A stretch of 24,000 nt of DNA from an uncultured Acetobacteraceae bacterium (GTDB taxonomy: Bacteria; Pseudomonadota; Alphaproteobacteria; Acetobacterales; Acetobacteraceae), in assembly GCA_903918195.1 (NCBI GenBank), contig CAIXDS010000071.1, positions 1-24,000 on the forward strand. The letters are read 5' to 3'. The notes beneath the pieces were generated by a model. That model saw nothing but the letters and a program-made list of their open reading frames with translations, did no database searches and was not told where the DNA came from. Positions 1 through 7,722 of this stretch are shown one piece after another; within the stretch, counting starts at the first letter, position 1; each line of letters begins with the position of its first letter. The position numbers were made by a program, and so were the translations under genes.

Positions 1-107
1 GCAGAAAGTGTTGCGCCATGATGACCCCGCCGAGCGAACCAACTCGGCGTCCTTCCTGGCACAGGCAGGGGAATAGTACAACCCATTAATTTCGTTGACA
101 AGATTAG

Positions 108-677
108 GTGGGTGGCGGCTGCTACATAAGGCCGCGATTCTACAATGAAAACGTCTCGGCCAACCACCTCGATGTCGGCGTGGCAACGGGCTACTACCCG
201 GCGCATTGTCGCTTTCCGGCGACGCCGGTCCGCCTCGGCCTGATGGACCTCAATGAGCACTGCCTGCGACATGCCGCACAGCGCACGGCGCGCTACAAGC
301 CGCTGATCCTGCGCCGCAACGTGCTTGAGCCGATCTCCTTCGACGGATCCCGGTTTGATTCTGTGGCGCTGCTCTACCTCCTGCATTGCTTGCCGGGGGC
401 CATGAAGCGCAAGGCAAGCATCTTTGACCACCTGCGGCCGCTCATGAACGACGGCGCGGTGCTGCTCGGTGCGACGATCGTGCAGGGATCGGCACCGCGC
501 AACCGGGCGGCCAGAAGGCTGATGGCGCTCTACAACGCCCGCGGCATCTTTTCGAACACGGAGGACACCGCCGAGGCGTTGGAGGCGTCCCTGGCAGCGC
601 GCTTCGAACTCTGGCACGTCGAGGTCCAAGGGTGCGTTGCGCTTTTCCGTGCCGTGTCCAGGACGGCATGCCGATAA
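108..677 (+). CDS. SAM-dependent class I methyltransferase-like protein, apparently N-terminally truncated
   Basis: ORF track 108..677 contains ANHLDVGVATGYYPAHCRFP (motif I-like), LGLMDLNEHCLRHA (motif II-like) and RFDSVALLYLLHCLPG. An in-frame stop (TAG 105-107) lies immediately upstream and the usual N-terminal region before motif I is missing. Confidence 0.55.
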   Translation: MGGGCYIRPRFYNENVSANHLDVGVATGYYPAHCRFPATPVRLGLMDLNEHCLRHAAQRTARYKPLILRRNVLEPISFDGSRFDSVALLYLLHCLPGAMKRKASIFDHLRPLMNDGAVLLGATIVQGSAPRNRAARRLMALYNARGIFSNTEDTAEALEASLAARFELWHVEVQGCVALFRAVSRTACR

Positions 678-934
678 CAGGTTGGCTAAGTATTAGATTC
701 GAAAACGATTAAATGCCTGCGGCCAAGCCAACGGAAAGTTCTTCCGCAGCGGCAGGATGCCTTGCTGGCCGCCAAGGGTTTGGTACCGTTCCGGCAGGGC
801 AGAGTTATAGCCAATGGCTATTGCGCTGAGTACCTGCAGCGCGGCAGCCGAAGACTCCCCACGCTATTACGCAACACATAGTAGTCGTTATTTCTCCGTG
901 TCTTCTCGTGTTCGCAAACCTCAACGACTTGCCC

Positions 935-1001
935 GAGAAGTGAAAGTTCTCGGACGGAATGAATATTCTCGGACAAAATGGGAATTTCCGGACGGAATGC
1001 G
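935..1001. repeat. TTCTCGGAC-type repeat array upstream of the integrase: one inverted CCGAGAA box plus three direct imperfect 19-20 bp units
   Basis: CCGAGAA (935-941) / gtgaaag / TTCTCGG (949-955) is a perfect 7-bp inverted repeat. Direct units are 944-963 gaaagttctcggacggaatg, 964-982 aatattctcggacaaaatg and 983-1001 ggaatttccggacggaatg. Confidence 0.7.
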
Positions 1002-1078
1002 AGCGGCCGGCGATGCTACGGCGGTTTGGCACGCCGGCGGCCGGCGCCCGAGCGGGCAGGGCAGCAGGGGGGGGAGAC

Positions 1079-2050
1079 ATGGACGACATCGTGCCCGCCG
1101 CGGCGGGCAGCATCCCGGTGGCGTTGGGGCAGGAAGCGGACACCGCGTGCGACTATGCCGCTGCCAGCCGTGCCGCTTCCACCCGGCTGATCTACGACGC
1201 TGACTGGCAACGGTTTCAAACCTGGTGCGCTGCGCGCGGCGAGCCGCCGCTCCCCGCCGATCCGGTGACGGTGGCGCGGTTCTGCGCCGGCGAGGCCGAA
1301 GCCGGCCGCGCGCCGTCCACCATCACCCGCCGGCTGGCCGCCATCGGTTGGGCGCACAAGCTCGCCGGGCTCAAGCCGCCGCAGCACGCCGACGGCGGCG
1401 GGGCGATCGCCGAAGTCATGGCCGGCATCCGGCGGTCGCGCGCCGCGCCGCCGGCGCAAAAGGCCGCGGCCGATGCCGATGTGCTGCGCGACATGCTGCG
1501 CGCCTGCTCCGGTGAGAAACTGCGCGTCGTGCGGGCGCGCGCGGTGCTTGCCATCGGGTTCGCCGGTGCGTTCCGGCGCTCGGAACTGGTCGCTCTCCGT
1601 GTCGAGGATATCCGCCGGGATGGAGAAGGCATCCGGGTGGTGATCCGGCGATCCAAAGCAGATCAGGAAGGCGAGGGGGCGACGGTGGCCATTCCGCACG
1701 GCGACCGTCTGCGTCCGGTGGCCGCGCTCGATGCCTGGCTGGCGGCCGGCCGGGTGGCGGAGGGCTTCGTGTTCCGCCGGATCGGCCGGGCCGGTCAGGT
1801 GACGGACGGCCCGATGAGCGACCGCGCCGTCGCCCGGCTGGTCCAGGCCGCCGCCAAGGGCGCCGGTTACGACCCGGCGCTGTTCGGCGGGCATTCGCTG
1901 CGGGCTGGCTTCATCACCAGCGCGGCGCGGACGGGCGCCAGCATCTTCAAAATCCAGGAGATCTCGCGCCATCGCAGCCTGCAGGTGCTCGCTGGTTACG
2001 TGCGCGACACCCAAATCTATCGCGATCACGCGGGGAGCGGGTTCCTGTAG
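1079..2050 (+). CDS. Site-specific tyrosine recombinase/integrase (phage integrase family)
   Basis: Within ORF 959..2050; start chosen at ATG 1079 (MDDIVPAAAG). Core-binding-like N-terminus (DADWQRFQTWCAARGEPPLPADPVTVARFC), catalytic-domain features FRRSELVALRVEDI, GGHSLRAGFITSAARTG (HxLR), ISRHRSLQVLAGYVRD (H...Y nucleophile region). Confidence 0.93.
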   Translation: MDDIVPAAAGSIPVALGQEADTACDYAAASRAASTRLIYDADWQRFQTWCAARGEPPLPADPVTVARFCAGEAEAGRAPSTITRRLAAIGWAHKLAGLKPPQHADGGGAIAEVMAGIRRSRAAPPAQKAAADADVLRDMLRACSGEKLRVVRARAVLAIGFAGAFRRSELVALRVEDIRRDGEGIRVVIRRSKADQEGEGATVAIPHGDRLRPVAALDAWLAAGRVAEGFVFRRIGRAGQVTDGPMSDRAVARLVQAAAKGAGYDPALFGGHSLRAGFITSAARTGASIFKIQEISRHRSLQVLAGYVRDTQIYRDHAGSGFL

Positions 2051-2159
2051 TCGCTCGGAGCCATCGGCGGTCGTGCTCGCTTTCATTACCGAATTCTGCT
2101 CAGATTGGATGATCGCAGGCTGGTGCTCGTGTTTACATTAACTGCTTCCATGCTTACGA

Positions 2160-3107
2160 TCACTGCTTGGTGCTCGATATTATGGCCGGAACTTGTGCCG
2201 CGTTTTGTAGACGGGACAGTTCCGCCTGCGTTTCTGCCAGGGCATTTGCCTCTGAGCGCGCCACTTCCTCGGCGTTCACGAGGACGAGTTGCTTGCGCAG
2301 CGGAGGAACACAGCCATCATCCAAGTCGAGACCTAGCCGGGTCTTCACGTAATAGCCGAAGCACGTCCGTACGTTCATCTCCATCAAACCGTTGCTCATG
2401 CGGTGCTCAGCTTCCAATGCGCGCTTGGCCGATTCTTCCAAGGCTGGATTGGCTGCCAGGCGGAGGGTCATAATCGTGTGCCAGCCACGGTCAGCGTTGG
2501 AGTCAACGTCGCAGTCGCGTTCCCCTGTGACGCCGGTTATTCGTGACACGACGAAGTCCCGAAAATCATGGTGGGTCGCGCAGTAGGCCCTGACGTGCCA
2601 GCGGTCGCCATCGTCGGCGAATGCATGTGGGGCTATCCATCGGACTGTCGGTTGGGGGTGGGAGAATGACTGATAGGTAACCTCGATAAGCCTCCGTTCG
2701 CGCACGGCCGCGAGCAAGCCCTGCAGAACGACGTCGTCCAGCTTCCTATCCGTACGTGGCACCGCCCGCTCAGCGGTCACGCCAGCGGCCCAAGGCGGCC
2801 TATCGGCACCTTGCTGTCGTTTCTCGGTTCTTTCGAGATCGGCCAGCACATCCATTGCGGACGGCAGGTGAAGGACAGGCCGGAAGCCCGTCCCACGGAG
2901 ATAGGTTTTCCGGCTTCGGTCATAGACTGCGTTGTCCGGCGCAAGCTCGACGTAGCGCGCCAGGTCCACCGAGGCCTGCGGGATCGATATCCCGAAGTGC
3001 CTCACTAGGTCCGACCGGTTCACCCGGCCGGCCCAGAACAGGCACGCGTCTAGGAAAGAAAGCCTCCTTCCCACCCCCCAACGCAGACCGACTCCATCAT
3101 CCGACAT
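2160..3107 (-). CDS. WYL-domain transcriptional regulator, BrxR/CapW-like
   Basis: ORF 2160..3179 (-). N-terminal winged-helix pattern RLSFLDACLFWAGRVNRSDLVRHFGISIPQASVDLARYVELAPDNAVYDRSRKTY, then WYL-type region RRLIEVTYQSFSHPQPTVRWIAPHAFADDGDRWHVRAYCATHHDFRDFVVSRI. Start moved to ATG at 3105-3107 (MSDDGVGLRWG), preceded on the minus strand by a GGGGAG Shine-Dalgarno-like stretch. Confidence 0.88.
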   Translation of the reverse strand: MSDDGVGLRWGVGRRLSFLDACLFWAGRVNRSDLVRHFGISIPQASVDLARYVELAPDNAVYDRSRKTYLRGTGFRPVLHLPSAMDVLADLERTEKRQQGADRPPWAAGVTAERAVPRTDRKLDDVVLQGLLAAVRERRLIEVTYQSFSHPQPTVRWIAPHAFADDGDRWHVRAYCATHHDFRDFVVSRITGVTGERDCDVDSNADRGWHTIMTLRLAANPALEESAKRALEAEHRMSNGLMEMNVRTCFGYYVKTRLGLDLDDGCVPPLRKQLVLVNAEEVARSEANALAETQAELSRLQNAAQVPAIISSTKQ

Positions 3108-3151
3108 GTGCAACTCCCCTGCCCGCGAATCTTGCGTCGGTGAGTATTGAA

Positions 3152-3176
3152 AGTCTATGAATCTAGAAACTAGACT
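3152..3176. promoter_or_regulatory. Nested inverted repeats; candidate operator in the divergent WYL / Ub-like operon promoter region
   Basis: Outer arms AGTCTA (3152-3157) / TAGACT (3171-3176). Inner perfect TCTAG (3162-3166)-AAA-CTAGA (3170-3174). Lies between the preferred WYL start (3107, -) and the Ubl-E2 start (3269, +). Confidence 0.55.
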
Positions 3177-3268
3177 CATCGGTCAGATGGGTGCATACTC
3201 CCCCGTGTCGCGAGTCGTGGTGCCCTTGGTGGGCTGCGGCGGTGCGGACATTGGAACGGAGAGCGCAG

Positions 3269-4357
3269 ATGGACTTCGCAGATGGACACCATGATGACGC
3301 GATAAGCAGGATCGTCATCGACGGGCAGGAGCATACGGTGCATCGGCACCGGATGTTGGTGGCTGAGATATTGGCTCTGGTCGGTCGGTCCCCGGAGGAA
3401 TGGGAACTGGATGCAGAGCTTGCTGGTGGAGACCACGTTACTCTCGGCGGCGATGACGAGGTGAAGTTGCGTGAGGGCGGTATCGTCCGGTTCCACACGC
3501 GCCGCCGGCACCATCATCATCATGGGGATCATTGCGAACTCACCGTCGTCGTGAACAGTGAGCCGATCGTTTTGGATGTGCGCCGTTCGACGCTCCTTTC
3601 TGCCGTGGTCACCGAGGTTCTGGAAAAGGCGAAGCCGACGGGCAGGCCCGACGACCAATGGGAGATGAAGACCGAGGCCGGACAAGTGCTTGATCAGGCG
3701 CTGTCGCTTGAAGCCGCCCATGTGGAGTGCGGGGCAACGCTCTACCTTTCCCTGAAGGCTGGTGCCGCCGGCGAGGCGATGACCGAGCTTCTGGTTGATC
3801 CAGAGGTATCACGGGCGAAATTCTACGAAGAGGTGCGGGATTACCAGCGGGTGCAGGACGCTATGATCCGCCGTGGCCAATGGCTGATCACCGCCGAATA
3901 TCCAGAGGTTTTCGTCGTGTTTGGTGCCCCAAACAGCAATTATCCCACCTGGGCTTTCGGCGCGGTCCTGGACTTCACAAACTACGACCTGTGGCCCGCG
4001 TCAGTGAATCTGGTGAACCCCTTCACGAAGGTGCCCTATCGGGCGGCCGAGATGCCGGCGCCAGCCTGGCTTCAGCGCGTGAACATGAGCACCAACATTC
4101 CTGGCGAGACGCCTACCAACGTCATGTCCGTGGACAGGCTAATGCAGGCTCAGCGGCCGGAAGAAGTTCCCTTCCTGTGTCTGCCTGGCGTGCGGGAGTA
4201 TCACGCGCATCCTGCCCACACCGGAGATAGTTGGTTGCTTCGCCGGACATCTGGGGAAGGCAAGCTGTACAGGCTGCTGGATGTCTTATTTCAATATGGT
4301 TCTGCGCCGATTTGTGGTCTGCATGTGCAGCCCGCCATGAACATCGTCCCGCGGTGA
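3269..4357 (+). CDS. Bacterial ubiquitin-like / E2-like fusion: two beta-grasp Ubl domains followed by an E2-like (Metal_CEHH-like) domain
   Basis: ATG 3269 with GGAGAG upstream. Ubl1: SRIVIDGQEHTVHRHRMLVAEILALVGRSPEEWELDAEL. Ubl2: CELTVVVNSEPIVLDVRRSTLLSAVVTEVLEKAKPTGRPDDQWEMKTEAGQVLDQ...GATLYLSLKAGAAG. E2-like region: YPEVFVVFGAPNSNYPTWAFGAVLDFTNYDLWPASVNLVNPFTKVPYRAAEMPAPAWLQRVN. Conserved-looking cluster CLPGVREYHAHPAHTGDSWLLRR. Followed directly by JAB and E1 genes. Confidence 0.85.
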   Translation: MDFADGHHDDAISRIVIDGQEHTVHRHRMLVAEILALVGRSPEEWELDAELAGGDHVTLGGDDEVKLREGGIVRFHTRRRHHHHHGDHCELTVVVNSEPIVLDVRRSTLLSAVVTEVLEKAKPTGRPDDQWEMKTEAGQVLDQALSLEAAHVECGATLYLSLKAGAAGEAMTELLVDPEVSRAKFYEEVRDYQRVQDAMIRRGQWLITAEYPEVFVVFGAPNSNYPTWAFGAVLDFTNYDLWPASVNLVNPFTKVPYRAAEMPAPAWLQRVNMSTNIPGETPTNVMSVDRLMQAQRPEEVPFLCLPGVREYHAHPAHTGDSWLLRRTSGEGKLYRLLDVLFQYGSAPICGLHVQPAMNIVPR

Positions 4358-4908
4358 CACTTCTGCACCGGTTGTTCGGCGGGAAAGACCCTTTGGGCGA
4401 TGTGCCACGGACCGGGCTCGAATCCGTGGACCGAGTCTTACTGCCCCAATCCTGCGCCGATGCAACGCAGGATCACCTGCGCGCGGCCGGCCGAATGGGT
4501 AACGAGGGATTGGCTGTCTGGTCAGGGGTCCAGGAAGGATCGACGTTCCGCGTGCTGACTGTAACCGCACCACGCCAGCGGGCAGTGAAGAGCGGACAAG
4601 GCGTGTGCGTGGTGCTGGACGGAGACGCTCTACACGGCCTCAACGTCTCGCTGCACAAGGCCGGCGAAAGGCTGTTCGCGCAAGTCCATTCCCATCCCGG
4701 CCGTGCTTATCATTCACCGATGGATGACCAATACGCCGTGGTCACGGCCGCGGGTGGGCTATCGATCGTAGTTCCCGACTTTGCCGTTCGGCCGTTTTCT
4801 GTCGGGGATTGTGCGATCTACCGCCTGACCCGCTCCGGCAAATGGACCGTGATGCCGAAACGGCGGGCGGAGGCGCTTATCTACGTCGTCAAGGACCAGA
4901 CTCCATGA
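4354..4908 (+). CDS. JAB/JAMM (Mov34/MPN) family metallopeptidase, deubiquitinase-like
   Basis: GTG start at 4354 overlaps the upstream TGA (GTGA, 4354-4357). JAMM signature HSHPGRAYHSPMDD at 4687..4728 and upstream Glu in NEGLAVWSG. Confidence 0.85.
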   Translation: MTLLHRLFGGKDPLGDVPRTGLESVDRVLLPQSCADATQDHLRAAGRMGNEGLAVWSGVQEGSTFRVLTVTAPRQRAVKSGQGVCVVLDGDALHGLNVSLHKAGERLFAQVHSHPGRAYHSPMDDQYAVVTAAGGLSIVVPDFAVRPFSVGDCAIYRLTRSGKWTVMPKRRAEALIYVVKDQTP

Positions 4909-6434
4909 ACGTCGCCAGCTTCTTCGACCGGAGCGCGACTGCGGTTGCGCAGGTGCTGGGCGAATGCGATTCTGACCGGCTGAGGCTGAAGCTGTCGGGA
5001 TTGGCCGTGGCGCTCGCCTTTGACAGCAAGGCGGTGCGGGCTTCTGAGGGCGTGGCGACGCTGGAATTGGCGACCGACCTACTGGCGCGTTTCTACCCTG
5101 GACTTGGCCTTATCCCATTGGATGACGATCCAGCGACAGTCGCAATGGTAAGCAAATTGGGCGAAGCGGCGGGTGCAATACATCCGGGAATCGAATTGAA
5201 ACCCGAGATGTGTACGGTGTGTTGCTGCCTGATCGTCGGCAGCCGCGTTCCGGCTCTAGGCGTTCCCACCATATTCATCGGTTCGCACGGCTGGAACGCG
5301 ATACTGGACCCAAGCCAGCCAGTCGGAAGCCTGGACACGCTCAACCCGTTCGGCGCCGCGGCCGCGGCATGCGTCGGCGTCGCCAACGCTTTTCGCTTTG
5401 CCTTTGCGGATCTGCTGCCAGACACCCGACCGGATCGAGCCCTCGAATTCGATGTTCTCCATCATCGGCTTGGGCGCTGCTCGGTCGGCCCGGCATTGCC
5501 GGACCGAGTCGATATCGACGGCACCCACCTTGTCGGCCTGGGTGCCATTGGCCGCGCGGCGGCATGGTCGCTTTCCCATGCTCCGGCGCTGCGCGGCCGT
5601 CTCGACGGGGTTGATCACGAGGCGATCGAGGATTCTAATCTACAACGATATGTGGGGGCGACGCAGGCCGATGCTGCCGCTGGCGTGTTGAAGTGCCAAT
5701 CCGTGATGGCGATGTTTCGCGGCTCCGGCGTGCAGGTCGTGGAGCACCCGCTCACATGGGGCCAGTATCTGCGGTCCCGGGCTGATTGCCGTCTTGATCG
5801 GGTGGCCGTCGCGCTGGACACGCCGGACGACCGGATCTCCCTTCAAGCGGCGCTACCCCGCCGGATTCTGAACGCTTGGACGCAGCCGGGTGATCTGGGT
5901 GTCTCCCGTCATGGTTTCACCTCCGGCCCGTGCCTCGCCTGTCTTTACCTGCCAGAGCGTGAGGTGCCGAGCCTCTCCCACCTTGTGGCGGATGCTATTC
6001 GCTTGCCCGAGTTGGAAGTTCGCGGCCTGCTGCATGCCGGCTTTCGAGTAGACGCCGCGTTCTTGGGGCGGGTCGCGCTCGCAGCAGAGGTGCCGCTGGA
6101 AGCTTTGCTACCCTTTGATGGCCTGCCTCTACGCTCGTTCTACACGAAGGCGGTATGCGGCACGACCTGGTTCGGTACCGGCGCCGGCGGCGACCGGGGT
6201 GCAATGGCGGTGCCGATGGCATTCCAGTCCGCGCTCGCCGGTGTTCTGCTCGCCGTCGAAATCGTCGCCGACGCCGTGATGTTGCGCACAACGGCGATGG
6301 CACCGCTCACAAAAATCAATTTACTCAAGCCGCTCGGAAGCCGTTTGGTGGAACCGGCCGCAAAACATAAGTCTGGCCAGTGCATCTGCCAGGACGACAC
6401 ATATCGTGCGGCCTATCAGCGGAAGTATGCCTAA
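4905..6434 (+). CDS. ThiF/E1-like adenylyltransferase of a bacterial Ub-like pathway
   Basis: ATG 4905 overlaps the JAB stop (ATGA). Glycine motif HLVGLGAIGRAAAWSLSHA, VDHEAIEDSNLQRYV (D..E..N..R) and ALDTPDDR. Cysteines in GPCLACLYLPE and the C-terminal SGQCICQDDTYRAAYQRKYA; long N-terminal domain of about 200 aa. Confidence 0.88.
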   Translation: MNVASFFDRSATAVAQVLGECDSDRLRLKLSGLAVALAFDSKAVRASEGVATLELATDLLARFYPGLGLIPLDDDPATVAMVSKLGEAAGAIHPGIELKPEMCTVCCCLIVGSRVPALGVPTIFIGSHGWNAILDPSQPVGSLDTLNPFGAAAAACVGVANAFRFAFADLLPDTRPDRALEFDVLHHRLGRCSVGPALPDRVDIDGTHLVGLGAIGRAAAWSLSHAPALRGRLDGVDHEAIEDSNLQRYVGATQADAAAGVLKCQSVMAMFRGSGVQVVEHPLTWGQYLRSRADCRLDRVAVALDTPDDRISLQAALPRRILNAWTQPGDLGVSRHGFTSGPCLACLYLPEREVPSLSHLVADAIRLPELEVRGLLHAGFRVDAAFLGRVALAAEVPLEALLPFDGLPLRSFYTKAVCGTTWFGTGAGGDRGAMAVPMAFQSALAGVLLAVEIVADAVMLRTTAMAPLTKINLLKPLGSRLVEPAAKHKSGQCICQDDTYRAAYQRKYA

Positions 6435-6489
6435 TCTGAATTCCAGTTGCGTGTCGCTTTACGCGCCTTAGGGTAGGAGAAAACCAAGG

Positions 6490-7026
6490 TTGGCCAACCC
6501 GCTGCTCTCAGAGGAGGAAGCCGAAAGGTATTTTCAGCGGCATGAAATGCTATTGGAGTTTTCCCGACTTTTTGACTATGGCGAGGCGAGCGACCGCGCC
6601 GTTGCAATAGTCGGCCCGGCATTTCTTGATACGCTGTTGAGCGAAGCCCTTGTCGAATTCATGATTGAAAATAGGACTGAGGTAAACAAACTGCTCCAAC
6701 CGGATGGGCCACTTGGTACATATGGAAGCCGAGTGACTGCCTGTTATTGCCTTGGACTGACCGGAAAAATTGTCACCAGTGACCTGAGACTTGTTGGCAA
6801 GATCAGGAACCGCTTTGCACACGACATCCGCGCGGACTTTTCCGATTCGAAGATCAGCCAGTGGTGCCGGGCACTCCGCTGGCACAAAGAATTCTTCGCA
6901 GTGCCACCGCCCGATGCAACCGACAGGGACTTGTTCCAAGTTGGAGTCAACCAGCTCGTCTCGCATTTGACCGCCATTCCCGGTGTGGCGCGCCTCAGCA
7001 AGCGCTCTGAGGTCCTCCACACATAG
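6490..7026 (+). CDS. MltR-family-like small all-alpha protein with RNRFAH motif
   Basis: GPAFLDTLLSEALVEFMIENRTEVNKLLQPDGPLGTYGSRVTACYCLGLTGKIVTSDLRLVGKIRNRFAHDIRADF closely resembles MltR-family sequences. TTG start 6490 preceded by AGGAG (6476-6480) with 9-nt spacing; alternative ATG at 6547. Confidence 0.8.
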   Translation: MANPLLSEEEAERYFQRHEMLLEFSRLFDYGEASDRAVAIVGPAFLDTLLSEALVEFMIENRTEVNKLLQPDGPLGTYGSRVTACYCLGLTGKIVTSDLRLVGKIRNRFAHDIRADFSDSKISQWCRALRWHKEFFAVPPPDATDRDLFQVGVNQLVSHLTAIPGVARLSKRSEVLHT

Positions 7027-7458
7027 TCGGGGTAGCTTGAGCCCGGACGCCGTGCGCCAGATCCTGGGGTCACCACACGATTTTCTCAAAATCGCACGCT
7101 AAGCCGAAAGTCCTTTGGTTTTAGGGTATTGCGCAAACGATCGTGGCTCATACTGGATTCTAGGGTGGTGGAGATCCAAGTGTTTTCAGTGCGTTGTAGA
7201 CGCTTGCACCTGCCAGATGGTCACCTTGCGGCTACCCCGAGCGCCGTGGAGACGCAAACCAACCGGAAAACTGATGCTGCGTTGCCCGCAACCCTACGCT
7301 AACAAATTGATTTTACGGATATTACTACCGCCCCGAAACCCAGGATGAGCCACGCCTTCTGCACCGTCCCCGCTATCCTCGCCCGTCCCCGCTATCCACA
7401 TGGGGCGCTCCGATGGCTGTGGCCGCACATTGCGAGCGGCAGCCAGAAGGAAACCGCC

Positions 7459-7722
7459 ATGAGCCGAGTCCGCCCGACCGGGGTCCGGATCACCCTGTCG
7501 GGAACCGACCCGGTCGCCATCGAAGCGGCCGCCGACGAACTCAAGCATCGGTTCGCCGCCCGCTTCGCGGTGACCGGACGGCGCTGCTCCCCCGTGTCCG
7601 GAAAGGCGGCCAGGGGAGATCTAACGGTTTGGGGCACACTGCTGGTGGACGTTGCCATTGACCTGGACGCCTCGGTCATGGACCTGCTCGATCGCCTTTA
7701 CGCCGGGCAAGCCGGCGCATGA
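7459..7722 (+). CDS. Small hypothetical protein
   Basis: ATG 7459 preceded by AAGGA with 7-nt spacing. MSRVRPTGVRITLSGTDPVAIEAAADELKHRFAARFAVTGRRCSPV... has protein-like composition; no family recognised. Confidence 0.5.
   Translation: MSRVRPTGVRITLSGTDPVAIEAAADELKHRFAARFAVTGRRCSPVSGKAARGDLTVWGTLLVDVAIDLDASVMDLLDRLYAGQAGA

Noticed and set aside
1016-2086. 356-aa minus-strand ORF
   Set aside because: Shadow ORF antisense to the well-supported integrase; composition is Arg/Ala/Gly-rich with no recognisable motif, typical of high-GC DNA.
3108-6434. Possible type II CBASS because of CapW-like regulator plus E1/E2/JAB
   Set aside because: No CD-NTase (nucleotidyltransferase) or cyclic-nucleotide-responsive effector is visible, and a Ubl-E2 fusion fits the bacterial Ub-like pathway group better.
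6550-7089. 179-aa minus-strand ORF
   Set aside because: Antisense to the MltR-like gene; the plus-strand product has recognisable family sequence.
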